Shown here: piece by piece, positions 48,907 through 56,649 of the stretch
Numbering within the stretch: position 1 is the first letter of the stretch
Layout of the letters: every line of letters begins with the position of its first letter
DNA from: a virus
Taxonomy: Duplodnaviria > Caudoviricetes
DNA length: 60,714 nucleotides
Direction: 5' to 3' (one strand)
Virus record (IMG/VR): IMGVR_UViG_3300010354_000094
Span: 1-60,714 of that record
Notes under the pieces: generated by a model
Told to the model about the DNA's origin: nothing
Databases searched by the model: none
Seen by the model: only the letters and a program-made list of their open reading frames with translations
Translations under genes and position numbers: made by a program

Positions 48907-49361
48907 TTTATAGCTTTCTCTGTTAGATATTGATCGCTTTTAATCCATTTGTTGTTAACTAAAAATCCCCATTCTCGTTTTTGAGGACCTGGCATAAACA
49001 ATGTCCATGCAGTTACATTAGGATCTAACTCTATGCGATGATAAGAAGTAGCACTACAAGTCCTAAAATGACCAGGCCCTCTCCAATGCCTAATCTCTCC
49101 GATTTTTCGTCCTGTTTTATCAAATTCCGGAATCCATTCATAGTAACCACCTTTTAAAATTAGTGTTGCATAAGGCCAGGGATGATCATGAACATCATCA
49201 GGGTCTGATTTTAAAAATTTATGTAGAAAAATATTAAACGGAAATTTCTTTCTATCTTTTAGAAATAAGTAGTATCTTTCTAGGTAAGGTTCTTCACTGC
49301 CCCTATCTAGTATTATACGTTTTCTATCTATTTTTTCTAACAATGATAAAAAGAAATTCAT
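48903..49361 (-). CDS. Cupin-like protein
   Basis: LH.F..SD.D..HDHPW, GGYYE, HRIEL, WTLF. Confidence 0.6.
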   Translation of the reverse strand: MNFFLSLLEKIDRKRIILDRGSEEPYLERYYLFLKDRKKFPFNIFLHKFLKSDPDDVHDHPWPYATLILKGGYYEWIPEFDKTGRKIGEIRHWRGPGHFRTCSATSYHRIELDPNVTAWTLFMPGPQKREWGFLVNNKWIKSDQYLTEKAIK

Positions 49362-49363
49362 AA

Positions 49364-49777
49364 TTATTCTTTTCCTGTATATTCTTCACCGGTGTCTTCA
49401 TTGGTTAATTGTATAGGCCCGTAAATCCAATGTTCGGTTTCATCGTTGATCCAACCATCACCTTCCATGCCCTCGTACCAATCTTCATCCCAAAGAGCCT
49501 GAATACGTTCTTGTTCTTCCTCGTCCATATCATCCGGGAAAGTCCATTCGACCCAACACCCGTCGTTCATGTCTAGCATTTCCCAATCATAGTCAGTATT
49601 AAGTACATCATATCCGTCGGGATTATCCAGGTCAATATCTGGGCGTTCGTCACTCTCACACGACCATGTGCCCCAACGGAAGCCCTCATCTTTAATTACA
49701 GTTATGCCGTCTTTGGTCCAAAACTGACGTTCAACTGCGTTCTTTTTTGTTGCGTTACTTATTTTCCAAGTAGTCAT
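49364..49777 (-). CDS. Hypothetical acidic, Trp-rich protein
   Basis: ORF with AGGA RBS; D/E- and W-rich. Confidence 0.65.
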   Translation of the reverse strand: MTTWKISNATKKNAVERQFWTKDGITVIKDEGFRWGTWSCESDERPDIDLDNPDGYDVLNTDYDWEMLDMNDGCWVEWTFPDDMDEEEQERIQALWDEDWYEGMEGDGWINDETEHWIYGPIQLTNEDTGEEYTGKE

Positions 49778-49788
49778 TTAAGTTCCTA

Positions 49789-50097
49789 TTAATCAAAGTC
49801 TGCTGAAAATTCCTCTTCACCGTACCACATCGAAAATTCTTCTTTAAATTCTTCTTCTGTGTTTACAAAGTCTATTATAGCATTTTTAGTTTCTTCGTCT
49901 AAATTATCAAACTCTTCTCGGAAGTATTCTGCTTGTTCTTGAGAAGCCTGTTCTCTTATTTCTTCGGCGGCCTCCCAGTCTTCTTCGTTATCTGATTCCA
50001 TGAGCGTGTCTGCCTCAATCCAGGTGTCCCAGGCTCGGTGATGTGCGTTGTCATTAATACTAGAAATAATATCGTATGCTTCGCTAAGGGTAATCAT
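49789..50097 (-). CDS. Hypothetical highly acidic protein
   Basis: About one third D/E residues; AAGGA RBS. Confidence 0.65.
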   Translation of the reverse strand: MITLSEAYDIISSINDNAHHRAWDTWIEADTLMESDNEEDWEAAEEIREQASQEQAEYFREEFDNLDEETKNAIIDFVNTEEEFKEEFSMWYGEEEFSADFD

Positions 50098-50106
50098 AGC
50101 ATTTCC

Positions 50107-50907
50107 TTATCTTGGTGCAAACTCTTGTTGCAATTTAATATTATCCATAAATTCTTTTTTAGTACCTGGATCCTCTTTAAACGCACCTTTTAATACCGTA
50201 GTCTGTGTAAGACTAGAGTGTGCCATTATGCCTCGATTCTCACAGCAACCATGTGTAGCTTGAATATAGACACCTAGGTCTTTGGCTCCTGTAGCCTTTT
50301 GGATTTCCCGAGCAATGTCATTAGCAAGTTCCTCCTGGAGAGTACCTCGTCTTGCACACCACTGGGCGATTCGGGTGTACTTTGATAATCCAATAAGTTT
50401 CTCAGCGGCAATAATGCCAATATAAGCAACACCACTAACGGGTTGGTGATGATGGCTACACATACTGCGAAGCTCACTGCGAACAACAAGCATACCTTCA
50501 TAACGGTCCTGCGTGTCGTTTGGAAATGCTGTTGCGTCCGGTGCTGGGTCATATCTTCCTGCCATTATTTCATTAAAATACATTTTAGCCAGCCTACGTG
50601 CTGTGCCTTTACTATTAGGATCGTTTTCACGATCAATCAGCAAACGATCGAGCACTAGTTCAAATGCTTCTGTTGCTTCGTCGATTAGTCTTTCTTTATC
50701 ACCTTCGTGTAAGTAATCACTGATATTGTCGCCCGCCCAGAAACGTTTTCCTTCGCGTCGCATTTTAAATCGAAGATGATCGCCTAGGTATGCTTCTTCG
50801 TATTCAAATTTATCATCGTCGACTACATTTGAACCGGCGACTAAGTTAACTGCCATTTCGTATCCAGGATGAAAAGGTGCATCTTCTACTAATTTTTTTG
50901 TATCCAT
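50107..50907 (-). CDS. folE: GTP cyclohydrolase I
   Basis: TARRLAKMY, SMCSHHHQP, GLSKYTR, LQEEL, ATHGCCENRG. Confidence 0.95.
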   Translation of the reverse strand: MDTKKLVEDAPFHPGYEMAVNLVAGSNVVDDDKFEYEEAYLGDHLRFKMRREGKRFWAGDNISDYLHEGDKERLIDEATEAFELVLDRLLIDRENDPNSKGTARRLAKMYFNEIMAGRYDPAPDATAFPNDTQDRYEGMLVVRSELRSMCSHHHQPVSGVAYIGIIAAEKLIGLSKYTRIAQWCARRGTLQEELANDIAREIQKATGAKDLGVYIQATHGCCENRGIMAHSSLTQTTVLKGAFKEDPGTKKEFMDNIKLQQEFAPR

Positions 50908-51707
50908 TATTTTAACCTTAAAAACAAATTCTTTTTAATAGCTGACTCTAATACTTCTAAGTTTATATTATATTCTTTTGCATGATTTACAAGAGCCTGT
51001 GTGTCTTTTGGAAAACACATTCCGCCAAAACCATATGTACCATCGCCGCCCGGAACTTGCATATGACTTGATCCAATTCGTGAGTCAAGTTTAACAGCAT
51101 TGGAAATATTTTTCCAATCGCATCCTAATGACCTAGATAGTTGTTCCATTTCATTCATAAAAACAACCTTTGTAGCTAGGAAAGAATTTATTATATATTT
51201 AGAAAGAGCCGCTTCTTCTATTGAACAATGTATTACTTCTTTTACAGATGTTTGAGTAATTTTTATAATGCGTTCTGCTTCTCTAATATATGCACTTACT
51301 TCTCCTCCTATGATTACAAATTTAGCATTTGTATAGTCTTGTTCTGCGTTAGCGGCAGTTAAAAACTCTGGAGAATGAACTAAATTTTTATATTTCTTTT
51401 GTAATTGTTTATAGACACCGGGAGGTGCTGTTACTTTACTAATGATAACCCCAGTATAGGAAATATTATTTAGGTTTTCTAAAACCGACTCTAAAATACT
51501 TGTGTCGCAGGAACCGTCATCTGTTGAAGGACTAGGTACGCAGACAAATATACCGTTACAATCTTTTAAATTTTCGTACGATAGATAAACTCCTTTAGGG
51601 GGGTCTAGAAGTTTTATGTCATAAAAAGGCAAGGCGTAATCCATACTATTTTTTATAGCATTTCCTACATATCCTAAACCAATAATTCCTATTTTGGTAT
51701 TATCCAT
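50907..51707 (-). CDS. UDP-glucose/GDP-mannose dehydrogenase family protein (short form)
   Basis: GIIGLGYVG, FVCVPSP, SPEFL, KYIINSFLATKVVFMNE, GFGGMCFPKD. Confidence 0.9.
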   Translation of the reverse strand: MDNTKIGIIGLGYVGNAIKNSMDYALPFYDIKLLDPPKGVYLSYENLKDCNGIFVCVPSPSTDDGSCDTSILESVLENLNNISYTGVIISKVTAPPGVYKQLQKKYKNLVHSPEFLTAANAEQDYTNAKFVIIGGEVSAYIREAERIIKITQTSVKEVIHCSIEEAALSKYIINSFLATKVVFMNEMEQLSRSLGCDWKNISNAVKLDSRIGSSHMQVPGGDGTYGFGGMCFPKDTQALVNHAKEYNINLEVLESAIKKNLFLRLK

Positions 51708-51708
51708 A

Positions 51709-52809
51709 TTATTGTATATTTTTTAAAATATTGTCAGCACTAAAAAAGTAACTGGTAAGATCATTGGCTTGTTTTTTTAGCTGAGGCAAGCGTTTTTCAT
51801 AGTGCGTCATGGTTACAATAATATGATGACAAAGTTGAGATCTATGAGCAATATAACTGTCCCAATTCTGTGTCCATTCGCTTGGATACTTAAATCCCTC
51901 ATAATACATTTCGGTATAGCTTAACCTATCGGGCACCATAGGAATAGCATCCACTAGTGCTCCTTCATAGCAACCTATACCTAAAGTTTCTTGAAGACTT
52001 GCGCTAAAAACAATTTTACTTTCACCTAAGAGGTTATGATATTCATTTTTTGTTAGTTGTTGATCTTGACAAACAACAAATTCATACTGAGGTAATTGCT
52101 CTTTGAGATCCCTAAAAATTTCAACTTGTTTTTCTGGAGCGATACGATGAGGGAAAAGAATAAGATCACGTTTGGGCATATTTTTATATGAAGTAAGAAT
52201 TCCGTCCATATACTCCATAGGCCAACCAGTGCGTACAACTTTACCTTCTGCTAGCCGGTCGTTGTAATCTTCTTCGTACCATGGATTTTCTGATTTGTAA
52301 CCGCCTTCGAGTAAGTTATCTGTTAGTAATCTAATATGAAAGTCTGTAGCAAAATAGTTATGATCGATAGCATAGAAGAAACTTTTCTCAGCATGTCTAA
52401 CCCACTTGGCTTTGCCAATTAATCGACCTAAGAAATCTTGAGGATCATAACTGCCAGCATGCCATAGTGCGTGAATCTTAACAGGAATGTTAAGAAGCTC
52501 GCTCATGTATTTTAAGTTTATGATGCCCGGATGCCAAGCGTCAGTAAAAAGAAAATGGTCGCCAGGCTGAATGCGTCCAGCGCAAAATAGTCGACCAATT
52601 TGTTCAACTTGACTAGACTTATAGATATTAGTCCCACCAAAGTTAAGAAAAGCGCCTGGAGTGGTAGCACTAGGAATATCTTCAGGACCAGAGATAACTT
52701 GAACTTGATGTCCTGCCCTTTTAAGAAGTTCGGGTACATGCTTCTTCCATTGGCTAGTATAACGTGTTTCTACTGATTCTAGATCAATTAGAAAAACATT
52801 TTTATGCAT
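51709..52809 (-). CDS. GT-B fold glycosyltransferase
   Basis: HAGSYD, FPHRIAPEKQ, LQETLGI..YEG...P; likely start MHKNVFL at 52809. Confidence 0.8.
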   Translation of the reverse strand: MHKNVFLIDLESVETRYTSQWKKHVPELLKRAGHQVQVISGPEDIPSATTPGAFLNFGGTNIYKSSQVEQIGRLFCAGRIQPGDHFLFTDAWHPGIINLKYMSELLNIPVKIHALWHAGSYDPQDFLGRLIGKAKWVRHAEKSFFYAIDHNYFATDFHIRLLTDNLLEGGYKSENPWYEEDYNDRLAEGKVVRTGWPMEYMDGILTSYKNMPKRDLILFPHRIAPEKQVEIFRDLKEQLPQYEFVVCQDQQLTKNEYHNLLGESKIVFSASLQETLGIGCYEGALVDAIPMVPDRLSYTEMYYEGFKYPSEWTQNWDSYIAHRSQLCHHIIVTMTHYEKRLPQLKKQANDLTSYFFSADNILKNIQ

Positions 52810-53026
52810 TATAATCCTTACGCTTGTAGTCCTTTTTGAATCGACGTTCTTTATAATCTCGGTCTTTTTGCCAGTACCGATACTCTTGAGACCTGTACAA
52901 ATCCTTAGGATCAAAGTTAATAAGATTGAATCTGCAATGATCCAACCATGCATCGAGATCATCAAAGATCTTAGTGACTTCGGGCTTCATACGAAGAGTC
53001 TTTTGAATATGAGCAGGAATTGCCAT
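52802..53026 (-). CDS. Hypothetical protein
   Basis: AAGGT RBS; IFDDLD.WLD.CR motif. Confidence 0.65.
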   Translation of the reverse strand: MAIPAHIQKTLRMKPEVTKIFDDLDAWLDHCRFNLINFDPKDLYRSQEYRYWQKDRDYKERRFKKDYKRKDYNA

Positions 53027-53051
53027 TTACAAGTTACCTTTTGAAAGTTGA

Positions 53052-53441
53052 TTAAAATTTAATAAAACAGCCGTTTTCTCCATCTTCACTTACTTCAATC
53101 CAAATCTCACGATTTGGATATCTTGCGGTGATTTCAGCATGGAGGTTTTCTGAAATCATCTCGCAGGATTTATAGTTTAGCTGAAGTGTGCCTTCGTTGT
53201 AAAGCTTTTCCAGCCAACGTTTGAATTGTATAAACTCGATGTCACGATCGTCGTGAAAAACTTCAATATAAACCTTAAAGTGAAAAATATGCCTATGAGG
53301 AGTACCTAAAAAACTGACATCGTACTCATCACCTGTTTTAAGTTTAGGATCAGTGGCAGCTGCCGGATACATGTGAATGCCTTCTTTACGGAAAGTTACC
53401 CAAATCATTTTTTTGGGTCTCACATCTTGTTTGATAATCAT
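53052..53441 (-). CDS. QueD-like T-fold protein with LxxxHRHxF motif (DpdL-like)
   Basis: EGIH, LGTPHRHIFHF, DRDIEF, SCEMI, VSEDGEN; lacks the QueD CxxxHGH motif. Confidence 0.7.
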   Translation of the reverse strand: MIIKQDVRPKKMIWVTFRKEGIHMYPAAATDPKLKTGDEYDVSFLGTPHRHIFHFKVYIEVFHDDRDIEFIQFKRWLEKLYNEGTLQLNYKSCEMISENLHAEITARYPNREIWIEVSEDGENGCFIKF

Positions 53442-53950
53442 TTGATAATCTCGTCGTTTTTATATTGTGACCAGTCTGTGAATTTACTACGATCCATTAG
53501 TGTATGTAGACTGTGGGACCATACACCGGGATTAGTTGCCTTAAAATCTTTATCGTCGATTTTAAGCATTGTATTATAATTCCAAAGTTTAATATATGGA
53601 ATTGGTACTCGAATTTGCGGAATAAAATTATCGTGCTCGCAAAGACCTCCTTCGTGAAATTCTTCAACAGCACTGATAGGAATGTCTAGACTGCATAGAT
53701 AATCTTTGTCTAGAAAGTATTGTATCATACTTTCCCAACGTTGCCAATCTAAATTATCTTTTGGATTAAAACTATGATTAGCACCAAAAAAGATATGTTT
53801 ACGATTTTCTAATCTGCTTACGATTTCGTCATAACCTTGAATACCTACTACAAATAATGTATCCATTCCGTAGGCAGGAGTATGCTCAACTTCTTTACCA
53901 AAAAAGAAATTGATATCGTTAATATTTCCTGTTGAATAATCGCGTTTCAT
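53438..53950 (-). CDS. Hypothetical protein in deazaguanine cluster
   Basis: G.EVEHTPA.G..TLFVVG, HIFFGANHSF, KIDD.DF.ATNPGVW.H; translationally coupled to the T-fold gene. Confidence 0.7.
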   Translation of the reverse strand: MKRDYSTGNINDINFFFGKEVEHTPAYGMDTLFVVGIQGYDEIVSRLENRKHIFFGANHSFNPKDNLDWQRWESMIQYFLDKDYLCSLDIPISAVEEFHEGGLCEHDNFIPQIRVPIPYIKLWNYNTMLKIDDKDFKATNPGVWSHSLHTLMDRSKFTDWSQYKNDEIIK

Positions 53951-53956
53951 ATGTAT

Positions 53957-53985
53957 AGTTTATAATAAAATTATTCTACTGTCAA
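53957..53985 (-). promoter_or_regulatory. Sigma70-like promoter, probably leaderless transcript
   Basis: TTGACA-17 nt-TAAACT, with the ATG only 6 nt downstream. Confidence 0.6.
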
Positions 53986-55527
53986 GCTTTCTTCGAGGTT
54001 TCTGAGTTCATCATCGTCCGGATTGGCTAAATCAATTTCATCCTGATGAGTGATTTCTTCAACTTCGAACAATGAAGTGAATTTATTTTGAGCAGGGCCG
54101 CCTTGTAATCGAGCACCCTCTAAACTACGTAAGAATGGTAATGCTTGCTCAATCATGTCAAACGCTTCTGACTTGTTTTTAGTATTGAATAGATCTTCAA
54201 CAAAGTTGGCAAAATAAAGAACATTCCTAGGTACCCAATCTGAGTACTCATCGCTCATATCTTGAGCTTTTACCTTTTTCCAATGACGCCAATTAATTTT
54301 GCCTTTGGTTTTGGCAATTTCAATATCCATTAATTGTTGAGCACGTTGAACCGCAACAATATGACAGTAGACATTATGTCCCATCATTAGAGCATAGGCA
54401 AAGCTATCCCATGATGTCTTTCCTTCTTTTCCAATTTTATTCAGCATGCCTGGTGCATAATGACATATATCTCCTAAGGTCATTCTTCTACCGATTTCGC
54501 TTTCGAAGGGAAACGGGATGTCGGACTTTGCAAGTGCTTTGTTATCTGGTGCTTTGTCCATAATAACGCTCCACCTTTTGGGAGTGTGGACTGCGTTGGT
54601 GTAGACAAGTCCGTGGGCCGTTGCGATAAACGGTGAGGCGCAGTCAAAAGATATGGTAATTTCTTCATTAATATGTTTCCTAATTTCCCGTTGAATTAAA
54701 GTTAAGTAACAACTCCAGTCTAACTGAGCGGTGCCCAGGAAGTGGATCCAATTTTTGCCTTTCAGCAAACCATCTTCACGCAAGGTCATTAGACGCTTAA
54801 GTGTAATATCCATTTTACACATATTAGCACCACCAAAGGCCCACCCTTCTGCTTCATTACCTGCATAAGGTCCTTTAGGATCGCTAAATTCTTTTACACC
54901 TTGATACCATTGTTCAGCAGTATCCCAATCGCTACCTTGTAAAACGTTAAGCCACTTAGTTTGGCCTAAACGATTTTTAAGGAAGTAGTCATTATTAAAT
55001 CTTGTTTTGTCTAGACAATCTTCAAATGTTTTTAGACCAGTCTTTGGACTATGAATGTGATCGCAGGCCCAAGTTGGAACGTCTAACATCATAGACCAAT
55101 CAGCAGTTAGTTCCAACCACTCAAGAATTTTTTGACGAGTTTTATTTGCTTCGGCACCTTCAAAATTAAGCCAGTCGAATTTAAGAACACCTTTACCAAT
55201 TTGGTATCCTCCTGAGTCGCCTAAAATCATTGTGTTATTACGATCACGTTGTTGGATCATAGACTCTTGTATTAAACTTTTATTCAAGTCTAACTGTGCA
55301 TGACCTGCAGAGTAAAGACCGTATTTGTAAGTAAAATATCCTTGTTCGGGGTTGAGGAAGTTCATTCCTTCAATGCCTCGATCAAATCCTGCAGGAATTC
55401 GACCCGTAGATACAAATTCTTCTAAGCGTTGTTTAGCAATATAAGTGCTATAAAAAGAACTGATAGCTGGCAAATATACAGCATAGTCTTTTTGTAATGG
55501 TGTTAGGTTAACTGGTGGTCTGTTCAT
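53971..55527 (-). CDS. dpdA: TGT-family DNA deazaguanine transglycosylase (DpdA/DpdA2-like)
   Basis: GDSGGYQI, MMLDVP, LNVLQG, GWAFGG, IHFLG, SFDCASP and late HN motifs; clustered with folE and queE. Confidence 0.8.
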   Translation of the reverse strand: MNRPPVNLTPLQKDYAVYLPAISSFYSTYIAKQRLEEFVSTGRIPAGFDRGIEGMNFLNPEQGYFTYKYGLYSAGHAQLDLNKSLIQESMIQQRDRNNTMILGDSGGYQIGKGVLKFDWLNFEGAEANKTRQKILEWLELTADWSMMLDVPTWACDHIHSPKTGLKTFEDCLDKTRFNNDYFLKNRLGQTKWLNVLQGSDWDTAEQWYQGVKEFSDPKGPYAGNEAEGWAFGGANMCKMDITLKRLMTLREDGLLKGKNWIHFLGTAQLDWSCYLTLIQREIRKHINEEITISFDCASPFIATAHGLVYTNAVHTPKRWSVIMDKAPDNKALAKSDIPFPFESEIGRRMTLGDICHYAPGMLNKIGKEGKTSWDSFAYALMMGHNVYCHIVAVQRAQQLMDIEIAKTKGKINWRHWKKVKAQDMSDEYSDWVPRNVLYFANFVEDLFNTKNKSEAFDMIEQALPFLRSLEGARLQGGPAQNKFTSLFEVEEITHQDEIDLANPDDDELRNLEESLTVE

Positions 55528-55864
55528 CTTTACTCAATATAATCGTTGTTTTTAATTGTTCTTCTGCTCTGCGTAAATTTTCTACAGCGGCTTGAATAGC
55601 AGGATGTTCTTTTGACAATTTTTCAAGCTCTTGTTCTTCTCTTTGTTTTTGAATAGCCCATGTTAGAGCACGTTCGGCATCGGGTGAAAGGTTAATATTA
55701 GCACTTCCGGAACAAGTAAGCCAACTGTTTCCGTCATAGACTTCTACCCTTCCGCCACTGTGATAACGTAGCATACCAGCCGCAGGCTGACTGGTATTGT
55801 TATAGTACGTTTGTGCGTTATGACCGACAGTAAGATACTGTCCACCCATTATGTTTGTAATCAT
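55508..55864 (-). CDS. Hypothetical protein
   Basis: GMLRY...VEVYDGNSW plus C-terminal coiled coil. Confidence 0.6.
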   Translation of the reverse strand: MITNIMGGQYLTVGHNAQTYYNNTSQPAAGMLRYHSGGRVEVYDGNSWLTCSGSANINLSPDAERALTWAIQKQREEQELEKLSKEHPAIQAAVENLRRAEEQLKTTIILSKDEQTTS

Positions 55865-56595
55865 GCCTGTGCTGGAATAATATATTTGTAAACTGCTAAA
55901 CCGCTATCTAAAGTAATCATCATAGCGCCTTCATTGCTAAAACTTACTTTGGTGTTATTAGCATCAGATGATTTTAGAATACTAAGGACAGAGGCCACAG
56001 GCCATGCCCATGCTTTATTTAGGTTTCCTGAGATATTAGTAGCAAAAACAAATTCTCCGCCGTGTGTACTAGCATCGCCGAAGGTGAACTTTAAGTTACC
56101 GTTGTCTGTCTTGGCAACAAAAGTTGCATGTTCAGAATTAGCACCTGCTTGAAAGCTAAATCTCTGAATAGATTGCAAACTAGGGCTTACTTCAACGTCC
56201 CATTTAACACCTTTAAATTTATATGATTTAAGTTTTTCATTTATGATTTCAGTGTTCATAAACTTATAATCATTCTTAAAATCCCCGTCCTTATTTTCAA
56301 AGTGTATGCCTACTGGGATCACTTCACCGTTTCGATTTGAAGTAACGATGTCGATCTTAGCGTTGTCTTTATATTCGGTTCCGTCTAAGAGATATTTTAA
56401 TTTGTTCAATTGAGGCATACCAAAAACACCGACCATTTCTGGATAAGGGTTTGTTGTCTCTGCGGTCATAATAACTGAACGATCGTCTGCCATTGAATCG
56501 ATATTAGTTTTTGTATCAGTACCTGTAACTTTTACAATATTTAAAAATCCAAGATTGTGTGTGTGGCTAACGATGTCTTGTAGAATGTCTTTCAT
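55861..56595 (-). CDS. Putative DNA polymerase sliding clamp (gp45/PCNA-like)
   Basis: 244 aa, alternating beta/alpha pattern, C-terminal YKYIIPA, immediately downstream of PolB. Confidence 0.6.
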   Translation of the reverse strand: MKDILQDIVSHTHNLGFLNIVKVTGTDTKTNIDSMADDRSVIMTAETTNPYPEMVGVFGMPQLNKLKYLLDGTEYKDNAKIDIVTSNRNGEVIPVGIHFENKDGDFKNDYKFMNTEIINEKLKSYKFKGVKWDVEVSPSLQSIQRFSFQAGANSEHATFVAKTDNGNLKFTFGDASTHGGEFVFATNISGNLNKAWAWPVASVLSILKSSDANNTKVSFSNEGAMMITLDSGLAVYKYIIPAQA

Positions 56596-56612
56596 GTTTG
56601 TTCCTTTTAATA

Positions 56613-56641
56613 AGTTTATTTAGAAAATTGATCAATGTCAA
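56613..56641 (-). promoter_or_regulatory. Sigma70-like promoter overlapping a TAAATA motif
   Basis: TTGACA-17 nt-TAAACT; TAAATA at 56617-56622. Confidence 0.6.
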
Positions 56642-56649
56642 ATAATTTT

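Noticed and set aside
52810-52965. N-terminal extension of the glycosyltransferase ORF
   Set aside because: Overlaps the 74-aa gene in another frame; the ATG at 52809 has an AAGGA RBS.
53971-55527. Canonical tRNA-guanine transglycosylase (tgt) for queuosine
   Set aside because: Lacks the CxCxxC zinc motif and the canonical N-terminus; phage context with folE/queE next to PolB favours a DNA-acting DpdA-type enzyme, although tRNA activity is not excluded.
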